DNA of 44,596 bases, from NCBI RefSeq assembly GCF_006345805.1, contig NW_021834878.1, forward strand, positions 1-44,596, in the 5' to 3' direction. Position 1 is the first letter of the stretch, and each line of letters begins with the position of its first letter. Both the position numbers and the translations under genes were made by a program. The DNA is from Octopus sinensis. Lineage: Eukaryota. This document shows, piece by piece, positions 1 through 11,884 of the stretch. The notes beneath the pieces were generated by a model. It had not been told where the DNA came from. It saw only the letters and a list, made by a program, of their open reading frames with translations, and did not search any database.

Positions 1-332
1 CAGTCGATTAGATCGACCCCAGTAGGCAACTCGTGCTTAATTTACCGACCCCGAAGGGATGAAAGGCAAAATCGATCTCGGCGGAATTCGAACTCTGAAC
101 ATGAAGACAGATGAAATATCACTAAGCGTTTCGCTCAGGGTGCTAACGCTTCTTATTTCTTTATTGCCCACAAGGGGCTAAACATAGAGGGGACAAACAA
201 GGACAGATAAACGGATTAAGTCGATTACATGGAACCCAGTGCGTAACTGGTACTTAATTTATCGACCCCCGAAAGGATGAAAGGCAAAGTCGACCTCGGT
301 GGAATTTGAACTCAGAACGTAACGGCAGACGA
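1..332 (-). mobile_element. SINE family B (tRNA-like head, GGCGGCGAGCTGGCAGAATCG-type), about 1.5 tandem copies
   Basis: Reverse complement of the recurring core GAGTTCAAATTCCGCCGAGGTCGACTTTGCCTTTCATCC...AAGTACCAG appears twice (about 20-115 and 240-330). The same text recurs at 5529, 12585, 30277-30910 and 43320-44225. Confidence 0.85.
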
Positions 333-767
333 AATGTATATATGTATATATATATTTATATATTTATATATTATATTAAATAAAAATTTATATATATATA
401 CATATATATATACTCACACACGCTCAACGGGTTTCTTTTGGTTTGCCTCAATGCTTAGCTCGGCCCATTGTTATAGTAAAAACACTTTCCCAAGCTTACA
501 CACACACAAACACACGACCAATATGCACGCACCGGAATCGAAATGTGTCACATTGAGATCTTTTCAACAACACCGAAACATCTGTTTGCCTTCGCAAACC
601 CATCCAAATTTTTCTCTTTCTTAATAACCGCTTTAGTGAATTTTTATATTTAAAATAATACAAACTGCGAAAGCATCGATTCACTTCCAGTTTGAACTCG
701 GCAAAGTTCTACATAAACTACACGAGAACAAACTGTTTTTCATCCAGATCACTTCCAAGTGACGTAT

Positions 768-775
768 TCTACATA

Positions 776-816
<41 letters not shown>

Positions 817-1189
817 CGGAAGTTGTCTGTGTGTGGCAGGTTTGGTAGCCTTCAACTAAAACTATCTCCTCCAAGACCCTGCGGCGCAAGTTGACCAAAA
901 TTGAGATTATGATAGAAGAAGGCTTGCTCTTCATTCCGTAGCAGATAAAATTCAAATCGGACCATGTTAAGACCCCAAATTATTTACATCAATAAGGTGC
1001 TTTTTTCTATGATAATCCCTATTTTTTACGATTATATGACTGCTGTGTCCTTATTTTTCGGTGTATTTCAACCAGAAAAATGTTCACTTAAAGAAAATAA
1101 CAAGCTACATAAAGCAAAGTTTTACTTTTCAGAAATCCCAATTCTGAAGTGTCGAAGCAAACCCGAGCAACGCCGGGCGATATTGCTAG
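768..1189 (+). mobile_element. Non-autonomous Helitron-like element
   Basis: 3' end CCCGAGCAACGCCGGG hairpin, then CGATATTG, CTAG and a target T (1186-1190). The 5' end is lost in a (TA)n tract, so the start is approximate. The 3' terminus is nearly identical to that of the element at 7917-8421. Confidence 0.7.
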
Positions 1190-1234
1190 TATAAATATAT
1201 ACTTACATACATTAATGTGTGTGTGTGTGTATGT

Positions 1235-1306
<72 letters not shown>

Positions 1307-1608
1307 GGTGTTGTTTTGTGTGTGTGTGTGTATATATAGAGAGAGAGAGAAAACAAATAGAATTGTTAACTGCGCAGTGTTAATCCTAGACGAGTACCAA
1401 GAATAAATCTGTAAATTTACAAGAAGTGTATGGCTTAGATTACGGCAAGTGATAGATACGACTTGCCGTATCTTTGATATTCCGTTTAGAGAATTTTTAG
1501 AAGTGACTAAAGAAAAGTTGTTCGTGCTATCTCTATATTCTATATTTGCCTGTGTGTAGAGAGAAAGATATGTATACGTGTATGTGAGTACTTATATAAA
1601 TACAATCA

Positions 1609-1642
<34 letters not shown>

Positions 1643-1932
1643 CATACATACATATATCTGTATATATGTATATATATATATATATATAATACATATACAC
1701 ACATTCATATAAGTGCGTCTATATATATGCATGTGTTTATAAGTATGCATGTGTGTGTGTATGTGTGTGTGTATGTGTGTGTGTATGTAAGTAAGTACAC
1801 ACATACACTCGCATACAATCACGTTTTGATGTGGTTTACTAGCTATTTATTTTTAATTAACGATACAGCTGTATATATATATTATATATATATATATATA
1901 ATATATATATATACATATACATACATATATAT

Positions 1933-1963
<31 letters not shown>

Positions 1964-2622
1964 GTACATACATATTTATATATCTATGTATATATATATA
2001 TATATTATATGATATATATATATATATATGTATAATATATATATATATACTATATATATATCTATATACATATATGTATGTATATATATGTATGTAAGTA
2101 AACATATATGGAAATATGTTGTGCACATAGTCTACATATATGTGTGGATATACAGAAATATTTAGGAAAATATATATTTGCATGACATTTATGTTAAATC
2201 CTAAGCATATATTTATGTGTATGTCTCATCGTTTTTTTATGGGGTGGGAAATCTACGCAAATATATGTGTGTGTGTGTGTGTGTGTATGAGATATATGAG
2301 TGTGCACTGTGTATACATACATGTATATGAATATGTGTGTGTTCATGCTTATTTTAAGAAAAAATCTTAGTCATGAATATGGTTCCATATTTAGTAATAT
2401 TTTTCCCTTTACATTTTATCATCATCAGCATCCTCATCAGGAACACCATCACAAACATCATCATCTTCATCGTCATCGTCGTGAATATCATCATCATCTC
2501 TCTTCTCCTCTATCTGTTTTTGCCTCTATATGTGTATGTGAAAGAATATATATACACATACATATATACACATATATACCTATATATGTATATATATAAA
2601 TACATAAATACATACATATATA

Positions 2623-2793
2623 GGCGCAGGAGTGGCTGTGTGATAATAGCTTGCTTACCAACCACATGGTTCCGGGTTCAGTTCCACTGCGTGACACCTT
2701 AGGCAAGTGTCTTCTAATATAGCCTCGGTCTGACCAAAGCCTTGTGAGTGGATTTGGTAGACGGAAACTGAAAGAACCCTCGTCGTATATATG

Positions 2794-2826
<33 letters not shown>

Positions 2827-2880
2827 GTGTGTGTGTTTGTGTTTGTGCGTCTGTGTTTGTCCCCCTAGCATTGCTTGACA
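2623..2880 (+). mobile_element. SINE family A (tRNA-derived head GGCGCAGGAGTGGCTGTGTG), 3'-truncated
   Basis: A-box-like TGGCTGTGTG and B-box-like GGTTCAGTTCC, the conserved body CAAGTGTCTTCT...GGATTTGGTAGACGGAAACTGAAAGAA, then an internal (TA)/(TG) microsatellite. Near-identical to the copy at 10500. Confidence 0.85.
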
Positions 2881-3825
2881 ATATAAAGAGAGTCACACCA
2901 CTGTTATGTACACACACAAACGCACACATACATATAGACAAATGCATATAAACGTATGTAAGTAAATATAAATCGTTACCTTCTCGACGCATTTCAGTTT
3001 CTTCTCGCAAACCCACCATCTCACTTCCCAATCAACAAACACTGGCATACATTTTGGAAGCCATTATAAATCAGTTGTTTTCTACTGGTCATCAGCAAAA
3101 CAGAGACACAACCATTTTCTTCCCAAATTGTTGTTTCGTTGTTGCTTTTTATTTTTGTTTTCATTTTTGTTGCTCTTTTATTTTTGTTGTCGTTATTGTT
3201 GTTATTTATCTGTTTATTGTTGAAGATGTTTATTGCCGTTGAATATGGTGGGAAAATTTTTTTCTTACTCTTCTTGACATTGTTTAACATTTTTGCTTCT
3301 GTCATTAACACTGCGTGCTATATTTCCTTGCTTGCTTATTTAGTTTGCTTCATTTCCGGCCCAGTTGTGTTGTAGACTTAATCCATCGCCAGGGTTTATA
3401 TTACCACTTGATACTTTTAATGACTTTAGCAGAATACACTTGGTTGCAAACAATCAATATAGGGGTCCGGTTTGAACATGCCTTCCTCTCTCTTCCCTCC
3501 TAATCTCATAGCACTCATATTTTGGTAAAGGCATTGCCTCTCCTCACAAAAAATATATTTTAAAATATATGAAAAATATGGAAAATACGTGATATCATTT
3601 GTAAAAAATAATACAAAAACACACACAAGTATATGTGTGTGTCTGTGTCACTGTAAATATACATTTGTTTATCGATATTTGCACGAAATTGCGCTCGACA
3701 CCTTTGGCTGATATTTGATCAGAAATTGGTGACCATCTGTTTTTGTTCTCCGTTCGCCTGCGCTTTCAGTGCATTTAGCATATATCTCTCCGTCCGTTTG
3801 TTTATTACATATATATATTTCAAAA

Positions 3826-4033
3826 TGTGACCGCGTGTGTACCGTTGGGGATATTTTTTCCTCTGTCTTCCCTTCTCTGGATCTTTCCTTCTCCTATGTT
3901 TCTGACGAAGAGCTCCGCTCGAAACGTTAAAGCCTCCTTCTTCCCTTCTTTCCTAAGCGTCCAATAATACTATATTTGTTCCACGTCCTCGCGTTGTTGT
4001 GTTTTTTTGTGCTTTCTTGTTTGGATTAACTTT
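3826..4033 (+). mobile_element. ~200-bp hammerhead-bearing element (Penelope pLTR or retrozyme-like), copy 1
   Basis: Same 5' (GTGACCGCG) and 3' (GGATTAACTTT then AT) ends as the minus-strand copy at 11192-11387; contains a hammerhead core. Confidence 0.7.
3899..3931 (+). ncRNA. Minimal type-I hammerhead ribozyme motif (H1)
   Basis: TTT-CTGACGA-A-GAGC(TCC)GCTC-GAAA-CG-TT-AAA: CUGANGA core at 3902-3908, 4-bp stem II, GAAA at 3921-3924, palindromic ACGU in place of stem III, 3-bp stem I. Confidence 0.65.
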
Positions 4034-4054
4034 ATATTCTTTTACTTGTTTTAG

Positions 4055-4255
4055 TCATTAGTCTACATCCATTAAAGGGCATCGCCTTAAAGATTTTTTG
4101 TCGAATGAATCGACCCCAGTACTTGATACTTATCCTATCGTTCTCTTTTGCCGAACTGCTAAGTTTACGGGGACATAAACACATCCACACCGCTTGTCAA
4201 GCGGTGGTGGGGGACGTACGCAGATACAAATGCATAAAGACAAACACACACACAT
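4055..4255 (-). mobile_element. SINE family A, 3' module
   Basis: Reverse complement of the ...TTAGCAGTTCGGCAAAAGAGAACGATAG... module shared with 10700-10890. Confidence 0.75.
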
Positions 4256-4905
4256 GCATGCATATATATATATATATATATATATGTGTGTATATATATT
4301 TCTGTGTGTGTACATACATATAGTCATATGCATAAGTATATATACACACATCGATATATACGTATGTATGTGTATACAGATGCGTGTATGTAAATATGGC
4401 ATAGAAATAAAAGTGTTACATTCACGATTGCCAAGATAGCGATTTCAGTTCCTAGACTGGATGTTGCGTTGCGTACTTGAGCAAAGCACTTCATTTTACG
4501 TTTGTTCTGCGATGGTTTCGTCGTGAACCTGTACAAGCAATGTTGAGCTGATAGAGGGAGTTGGCTTATATGAACACAAACTTTAGATCACTATAAACAA
4601 ATCATCAGTCTCCTTGTTCAGAACTCTCATTCAACGTCTAAAAACGGAAGACCATTTGCCACGTCCTCGGGTTGTTGTTTTTCATGTGTTTTTCTCCGTT
4701 TTTTGCTTTAATTAGATATATATATACATATATATATCGGGGGCACGAGGTCGTGGGTTTTTGTATATTTTCGTGAGTGTGTGTATCTAAGTGCGTTTTC
4801 GTGTGTGTGTTTGTACGTATATACGCACACGCATATATTCACATGTATGATAAATCGCTAGCCACCACATATTTTTTCTTTCTCTCATTGTTTCTTTCTG
4901 TGTTC

Positions 4906-4941
4906 CTTTCTGTGGAAGAGCGAAGGCTCGAAACGTTAAAG
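4906..4941 (+). ncRNA. Hammerhead-like motif with variant core (H3) inside a ~190-bp repeat (about 4850-5040)
   Basis: CTTT-CTGTGGA-A-GAGC(GAAG)GCTC-GAAA-CG-TT-AAAG: 4-bp stem I and 4-bp stem II are perfect, but core A6 is replaced by T. Confidence 0.5.
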
Positions 4942-5047
4942 ACTTTTTCACTTTCCGAACGTTAAACTAATACATCTGTTAGTTGTCTATACCACCTGTC
5001 TTCGTCTTTTTATTTTTTTTTTTTTTTGTGAATTCTCCCAATCTATC

Positions 5048-5085
<38 letters not shown>

Positions 5086-5434
5086 TATGTATGTATGTGT
5101 ATGTATATGTGTGTGTATATGTCCTTGTCATCACTGCTTATTTATTATTGATTTGACTTTGTTGACGTTATAGTTTTTGTGTTATTTTTGGCACATTGTA
5201 TGTATTGCTGTTTTACTGTTGTTTTTTTTTCATTCCACCTAACTTCGTTGTCATCACTTGCTGCGTTATTGATCTTATTCTCATTGTTGTTGCTGTTGTT
5301 ACAATACTTCTTTTGTTTGAGTTTTTGTTGGTTACGATGTTATTGTTGTTCTATTCCGACAATAATTTATATTTCTGGTTTCAAAATTCTTTTTTTTTCT
5401 CAGCTTCCCTTGGCTATTATTATTATTATTATTA

Positions 5435-5498
<64 letters not shown>

Positions 5499-5528
5499 CA
5501 TCGTTGTTGTTGTTGTTTTTGTTGTTAA

Positions 5529-5735
5529 GGCGGCGAGCTGGCAGAATCGTTAGCACGCTAGATAAAATGCTTAGTCGTATTTCGCCCATTACTACATTCT
5601 GAGTTCAAATTCTGCCGAGGTCGACTTTTATCCTTTCGGGGTCGATAAATTGAGTCGCAGTGAAACACTGGCGTTCATGTAGCCGACTGGCCCCTCTCAC
5701 AAAATAGCTGCCCTTGTGACAATATTTGAAACAAA
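5529..5735 (+). mobile_element. SINE family B, near full length
   Basis: Head GGCGGCGAGCTGGCAGAATCGTTAGCACG, B-box GAGTTCAAATTC and core GAGGTCGACTT; lies between (ATT)n/(GTT)n tracts. Confidence 0.85.
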
Positions 5736-5780
5736 CTATTATTAATTATTACTATTAATATCATTATTATTATTACTATT

Positions 5781-5814
<34 letters not shown>

Positions 5815-6143
5815 TTGTTGTTTTGTGAAGAAAATTCAGTTTATTTTGCTGGGTATGAGGGAAGTGGCAGTTGTCCAAAACTAGCAAACTAAAGTGACAC
5901 TTGTTTATTGGTCATGCTCAAAAACCCTGCGTAGAATTCTTGCAGTTCCAAGCAATCCTGATTTCTGTAGCTGTTCTGCCATCACACTTGCGCCGATCTT
6001 TTTCAACCATGTTTGTATTTGAGTGCAAATCGTCATAGTTGTTTATTTTTTCTTCTTTCACATTGATTCTGTTGTCACCGGGACAACGCTATATCGATTA
6101 TCATGCATGTTCTTTCCTTTTTATTCACCACAACAATATATAT

Positions 6144-6173
<30 letters not shown>

Positions 6174-6174
<1 letters not shown>

Positions 6175-6374
6175 CTTTTATTTGTTTCAGTCATTGACTG
6201 CTGTCATGCTAGTGCACCTCAGTTAGTCGAGCAAATCGACCCCAGGACATATTCTTTGTAAACCTAGTACTTATTCTATCGGTCTGTCTTGCCGAACTGC
6301 TAAGTGACGGGGACGTAAACACACCAGCATCTGTTGTCAAGCAATGTTGGAGGGGACACACACAGACATACAAT

Positions 6375-6430
<56 letters not shown>

Positions 6431-6593
6431 CGACGGGCTTCTTTCAGTTTCCGTTTGCCAAATCCACTCATAAATCGTTGGTCGGCTCGAGGCTATAGTA
6501 AAAGATACTTGCCCAAAGTGCCACGGAGTGGGACTGAACTCGGAACCATGTGGCTGGTAAGCAAGCCTCTTACCACACAGCCACTCCTCCGCC
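6174..6593 (-). mobile_element. SINE family A, full length
   Basis: Head (reverse complement ends ...CCACTCCTCCGCC at 6593), internal (CA)n(TA)n, and 3' module ending TGACTGAAACAAATAAAAG. Confidence 0.85.
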
Positions 6594-6621
6594 GATATAG
6601 ATATATATATATATATTTACG

Positions 6622-6665
<44 letters not shown>

Positions 6666-7043
6666 CACACACATATCTGCACGTAACTTTGGTTTTCTCA
6701 ATCACTTTGTTGGTCATGTTTCTTTTGTTTCAGCATTTTACATAGATTTTTCAGAACATTTTTTTGAGTGCTCAAAATATTGCTGTATACAATTTTTCTT
6801 TGCGTTTTTGTTTTTTGTTTTATATCAGTGGCACGTATATCGGACATGTAGCAAAAATTCTACATCCGGTCGATATCCATTCTACATCCGGTTGATCTAT
6901 CTGCATAACCATTGATCTCATGATGAATTTACATTCGATTGATCTCGCAAAAAGATTTCGTAATTCTGCTGATGTCTTCAAGAATCTATATCCGGCCTTT
7001 CTCTGATGAATACAGTTCCGGTCGATATACTACATTGTTGTAA

Positions 7044-7127
<84 letters not shown>

Positions 7128-7679
7128 TAATAATGATAATAATAATAATTTCTTTAATTGGCTATCCGGGGTTTATGTTATTGGAATTCAAAATCAACAA
7201 ACAGGAGACAGTGGAGAAGGTTACATCAATAAAAGCACGAAATCAGCTAAAACAATAAGTATACGTTAATAAATAAACAATAAATAGCAAGAACTGTATA
7301 AAAATCAACAAAATATGAAGAACACACGTAGAAGGTGATTGGGAACACATCTCACTTAATCGCGGATTACTCTGATACGCCAAAAATCAAGTGATTTTTT
7401 CCCGACATCTTTTCACGAACTTATATCCACTTGTAGTAAGCGTATTTGCCCATACCATACACACCATAAAAAAATCTCTCCTTACTCTCACATTCTCCTT
7501 CTTTCCCATATCTCTCCCTACCCTCATTTTCTCCTCCAAGTGATGTGTGAAAAAAGGTGAGAATGGTATTCATTCAGAGAAAAAATTTTATCAAAAGCCT
7601 CTTAACCACCGTTCACTACAAACATCTTTCGCCACAAATACAGGACGAAAACTAAACCTACCCAGCTTTCTTTACCAAA

Positions 7680-9260
7680 TGAAGAGTCGTTCGAGCTTCT
7701 ATCCTTACTAGGTAGCTGTGCTAAAGTTCTATTTAAGCTTACAAGATAAAGCCATTGATTAAACTGAAGCCGTACCCAGCAGAAAGTTTTAAAATTAGAG
7801 CTATATTATAATCCACCAAGACAGTTATCAACTTTTACCAGTAAATCACTGTCGACGTCAATATGCGGGGCTTTTGATTCATAGTGGTTAGAAATTTAAG
7901 TTACTTTTATATATTACTAGCAGTATCGCCCGGCGTTGCTCGGGTTTGTAAGGGAAATAACTATATAAGCATTTTTAGAGAGTTACTTCCCTTATAAATT
8001 CGGGCTTTCTTAGCCATTTTTGTTTTGGTGTCTTCAAGCCATGAAGTCGTTGTTCTAAAAGAACGCTGGTTTCCTTCACAACGCATTACGACGTTGATTT
8101 CTTTACACTCCCTTCCCCACAGCTTCACGAGGGAGGGAAGGGGGAGAAGCAAACAGGTGCAGCTGTGAGCGTGGACGCCAACTCCGCCGCCATCGACATA
8201 CGATGCATTTTATGCATTAAAATGGAATAAAAATGATGTTAAATTATTTTTAAAATCGTAGACTCATCGTTGACGCGCGCTAATAGTCAGACGGGCTCGG
8301 TATGAATCACGACTATAAGATACCCGAATTTGGTTAAACTGCACCGCAAAATGTGGGAGGAGTTAGGAATCTAAATCGAAGGGGACAGACACTCACACAA
8401 CTAGAGTTTTATATATATAGATATCAAATAGAAGATACTTTTTCTGTTTAAAGGCGCATTGTATCGGTATGATGGGTTGATATTTACTAACTCTGAGCCA
8501 CATTGTACGGAGAGGGGAAAAATTCAAACATCGACTTAAATAAATCATTGGAATTAACATTAACATGGTAGATTTTGTACTTGCTACTATGAATTTAGAT
8601 AAAGGTTTCTCCGACTCATTATATTAACAAATCACCTAATTAATAACAACTGTTTAGTCCTCAATTAGAAGTGGCTTTAAGGAAAAGAGTTTCTACATTT
8701 CAGTCTCCAGTTCAGAAATAGGACCTTAAATGCATGCTATTATAAATAGCCTTATAAATATATCTCTATTACGAAGATACTTTTGATAAATATATTCTTT
8801 CTCCACATAAATACCATCACACTTTAAACATAAATACTAACCCAAATAAACAGAAAACATAGTTTTATCTAACTTAGCTAAATTATATTAAAACAGCTCT
8901 AGTGATAATACTGACGTTAAATAATGAAACCTTTTAACAGTCCTCATAACTTGAACTACACTCCAAGGATATAGTTAATAAATTTCAGGCTTCGCTGCTA
9001 GAAAATTAAAGATAAATTATTCACAACGCACACGTTCATTCAAGAACCCTTCTAGGAAAAATGCTGCCTATTTATCTGGATACATCAGACAGCTTAGAGA
9101 AACCAATAAGCCTCATGATTTGGAATGTAGCATTCTGACAAAGACAAAATTGTATATTAGAAAAAATTGTGATTTATGAAGAGCTGAAATAATGGCAATC
9201 TTGTTTACCAAGGACCCATTGCTCAGTAAGAAATCTAAGATAATTAGTTTACATAAAGAT
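7680..9260 (+). pseudogene. Decayed Penelope-like retroelement ORF (RT plus C-terminal GIY-YIG endonuclease), interrupted by a Helitron
   Basis: Hand translation: SFYP (7694-7705), DVNM-(fs)-GFD (from 7854), LYRYDGL (8459-8479; PLE YRDDG motif), NMVDFV, and a continuous endonuclease C-terminus from 9024: QRTRSFKNPSRKNAAYLSGYIRQLRETNKPHDLECSILTKTKLYIRKNCDL*RAEIMAILFTKDPLLSKKSKIISLHKD. This matches the remembered PLE pattern ...SKYIW.LK...C.LC..EK..IL....LLNKRSE. Multiple stops and frameshifts; clade not assigned; ends approximate. Confidence 0.75.
7917..8421 (-). mobile_element. Non-autonomous Helitron-like element (505 bp)
   Basis: On the minus strand: A^TCTATATATATAAAAC...CCCGAGCAACGCCGGG-CGATACTG-CTAG^T. 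It has 5'-TC, 3'-CTAG, a subterminal hairpin, an A^T target and no TSD. Confidence 0.85.
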
Positions 9261-10219
9261 GGGACATATTGTATTTATTTTCACTTTCAAATGGGTGGTT
9301 AATAACATTCTAGTGATAATAGTAGTATCACTATTATCACTAGAATGTACAAGTTTTCAAAAAATTGCACCACCAACCACTGATACTAAACATGAACTAG
9401 ACTGGTTCTACATACAATGAATAATTAAAAAGAAAAAATAGAAAGTTCGAAAGAAAGCGACAAGCAAACATATAAAGAATAAAAAGCAAATAAGACATAG
9501 AAAACAAAATAAATAAAGTATGCTTCACGAAGAAACGAGTCTGTAAATCTCAGGCTTAACTGCTAAACTGTTTAAAGTAATTTATACCAACACACATATT
9601 CGTTAAAGAACCCTGCGATGAAAAAGGTTACTTCTATATCTGGATATTATGACAACTTCACTTTATATTCTTTCATTCAAATATGTTTTGCGCTGTATGT
9701 TTGTGAGCTGAATAACTTCTATAATAATTATTTTTTTCATGTATTACACCGAATGTACTACTAAATTACACTAAACCAACTTATATTAAACTAAACTAAC
9801 TTACGCTAAACCATACACTACACTTAACCAAATGAACTATTAACTACTTATATTACAGAATTCATAGTACTGTTATTATTCAACACACCTCCAGCGTGTA
9901 TATGAATGCTAACACATTTTTAAATAGATTAACTACGATTATTATATTCTTTAAACTAATTAGGATGTTGGTATTTATTATATATCTGAATGCATTCTTA
10001 TTTATCTTCTAATTTAGTGTGCTGATAAGACATCTCCTAAATAACTGATACTATAAAAAACATTTATTTTTCCAGTAAATCTATTCCTGCTCATGTCAGC
10101 ATCTATATATTTAAGTTTACAGAAATATGTGCGTATATGGTTGTTTATATTATATATATTTATTCTTTTATACTTTTACTCATTTTACTCATGCAGCTGC
10201 GGTCATGCTGGAGCACCTC

Positions 10220-11090
10220 CGGGATCTTTCTGATTTCCTCGGTCAAGGGCGTTTCACATCAGCACTCCTGTATGTGTCTTTGTCCCAGCTAGGAGTTTGA
10301 TTCCGTTGCCCTCGTCTGCACCTCATGTCGGACTGTTGATTCATCCGGTATTGTAGAAAGGAGGATGTCTAGTTCCTTTTTGAAGACATCTGCTTCCACC
10401 TTTTGTAGATTTATTAATTTCTGTGGCAAGGCATTGACGAGGTGTGGCCCTTTGAACCCTAGACTATTGAAATACCTGGTTCAGAACTTAAAGTGGATAG
10501 GCGCAGGAGTGGCTGTGTGGTAAGTAGCTTGTTTACCAATCACATGGTTCCGGGTTCAGTCCCACTACGTAGCACCTTGGACAAGTGTCTTCTACTATAG
10601 CCTCGGTCCGACCAAAGCCTTGTGAAACTGAAAGAAGCCCGTCGTATATATGTATATATGTGTGTATGTGTGCGTGTGTGTTTGTGTGTCTGTGTTTGTC
10701 CCCCCAAATCGCTTGACAACCGATGCTGGTGTGTTTATGTCCCCGATACTTAGCGGTTCGGCAAAAGAGACCGATAGAATAAGTACTGGGCTTACAAAAA
10801 GAATAAGTCCCGGAGTCGAGTTGCTCAATTAAAGGCGGTGCTCCAGCATGGCCGCAGTCAAATGACTGAAACAAGTAAAAGAGTAAAAGAGTAAAGAGAG
10901 AGGTACCTTTGGTACAATACAATGGCAGCCAGTTCTGGCATTTGTGTAAAACTCACTGCCAAAATTAGGTACCAGCCCGTCTAGAACTTTCCATGTGTAG
11001 GTTATTGCATATCTCTCACGCCTTCGCTCCAGAGAGTAAAGAAGCAATTTTATCAGCCTATCCGTGTTGATCATCAGCTGCACTGTTTTA
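10220..11090 (-). mobile_element. 3' fragment of a CR1/L2-group LINE (RT C-terminus), split by a SINE
   Basis: Minus translation LLLYSLERRRERYAITYTWKVLDGLVPNFG...CIVPKVP (11083-10900), then after the SINE YFNSLGFKGPHLVNALPQKLINLQKVEADVFKKELDILLSTIPDE...RATESNS. This is the typical C-terminal pattern of these LINEs. Confidence 0.7.
10500..10890 (+). mobile_element. SINE family A, full length, inserted in the LINE remnant
   Basis: Head GGCGCAGGAGTGGCTGTGTGGTAAG, internal microsatellite, and 3' module ending in AAAAGAGT repeats. Confidence 0.9.
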
Positions 11091-11191
11091 ATCTTTTTAG
11101 TTTAGTGGTGTTAGTTTGGCACTATGTAGTTACCATAACTGGGAGCAGTAGTTCAACTATCAGAGAATAATAGTTCTCCATATATATATAT

Positions 11192-11382
11192 AAAGTTAAT
11201 CCAAACATGAAAACACAACAACGCGAGGACGTGGAACAAGTATAGTATTATTGAACGCTCAGGAAAGAAGGAAAGAAGGAAGGTTTAACGTTTCGAGCGG
11301 AGCTCTTCGTCGGAAACATAGGAAAAGGAAAGATCCAAAGAAGGGAAACGGAGGAAAAATTCGCCAAAGGTACACCCGCGGT

Positions 11383-11387
<5 letters not shown>
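11192..11387 (-). mobile_element. ~200-bp hammerhead-bearing element, copy 2 (hammerhead H2 at 11283-11317)
   Basis: Homologous to 3826-4033. Minus strand reads GTTT-CCGACGA-A-GAGC(TCC)GCTC-GAAA-CG-TT-AAAC (core U4 changed to C). Flanked by (TA)n and (CA)n. Confidence 0.7.
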
Positions 11388-11468
<81 letters not shown>

Positions 11469-11729
11469 ATACACATATATATGTATATATGTTGTATCTG
11501 TGCATACATATATATATATAATTTGTATGGTGTGTATATAAATAGTTAAATAGATATGTACATATATATGAAAATATATACTATATATGCTTATATAGTT
11601 TTAGAATTATGACCGTGTGTGAGTGTGTGTGTGCTTGTGTGCATGTTTACGCACCAATTTATTCGAATATATATTTATTAGTTTATAAGAATCTACTGTC
11701 AAGGATATACTGATTTCCAAAATAATAAC

Positions 11730-11767
<38 letters not shown>

Positions 11768-11783
11768 CAACAACAACAACAAC

Positions 11784-11817
<34 letters not shown>

Positions 11818-11884
11818 TTTTTTATTTTTTATTTTTTACTTTTTATTTTTTACTTTTTATTTTTTTATTTTATTTTATTTTATT

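Noticed and set aside
2623-2700. tRNA-like sequences at SINE heads (also 5529, 10500, 32318)
   Set aside because: Only A/B-box remnants without a complete cloverleaf, always continuing into SINE bodies; not tRNA genes.
9177-9179. In-frame TGA at the second Cys of the PLE C-x-x-C motif, suggesting selenocysteine as reported for some Naiad PLEs
   Set aside because: The element has many other stops and frameshifts, has a C-terminal rather than N-terminal endonuclease, and I saw no SECIS-like structure. A TGY to TGA decay is simpler. A family consensus with fixed TGA would reopen this.
10015-10075. CTGATAA...AAAAAC downstream of the PLE as a decayed hammerhead
   Set aside because: The core is mutated and neither stem I nor stem II can be paired.
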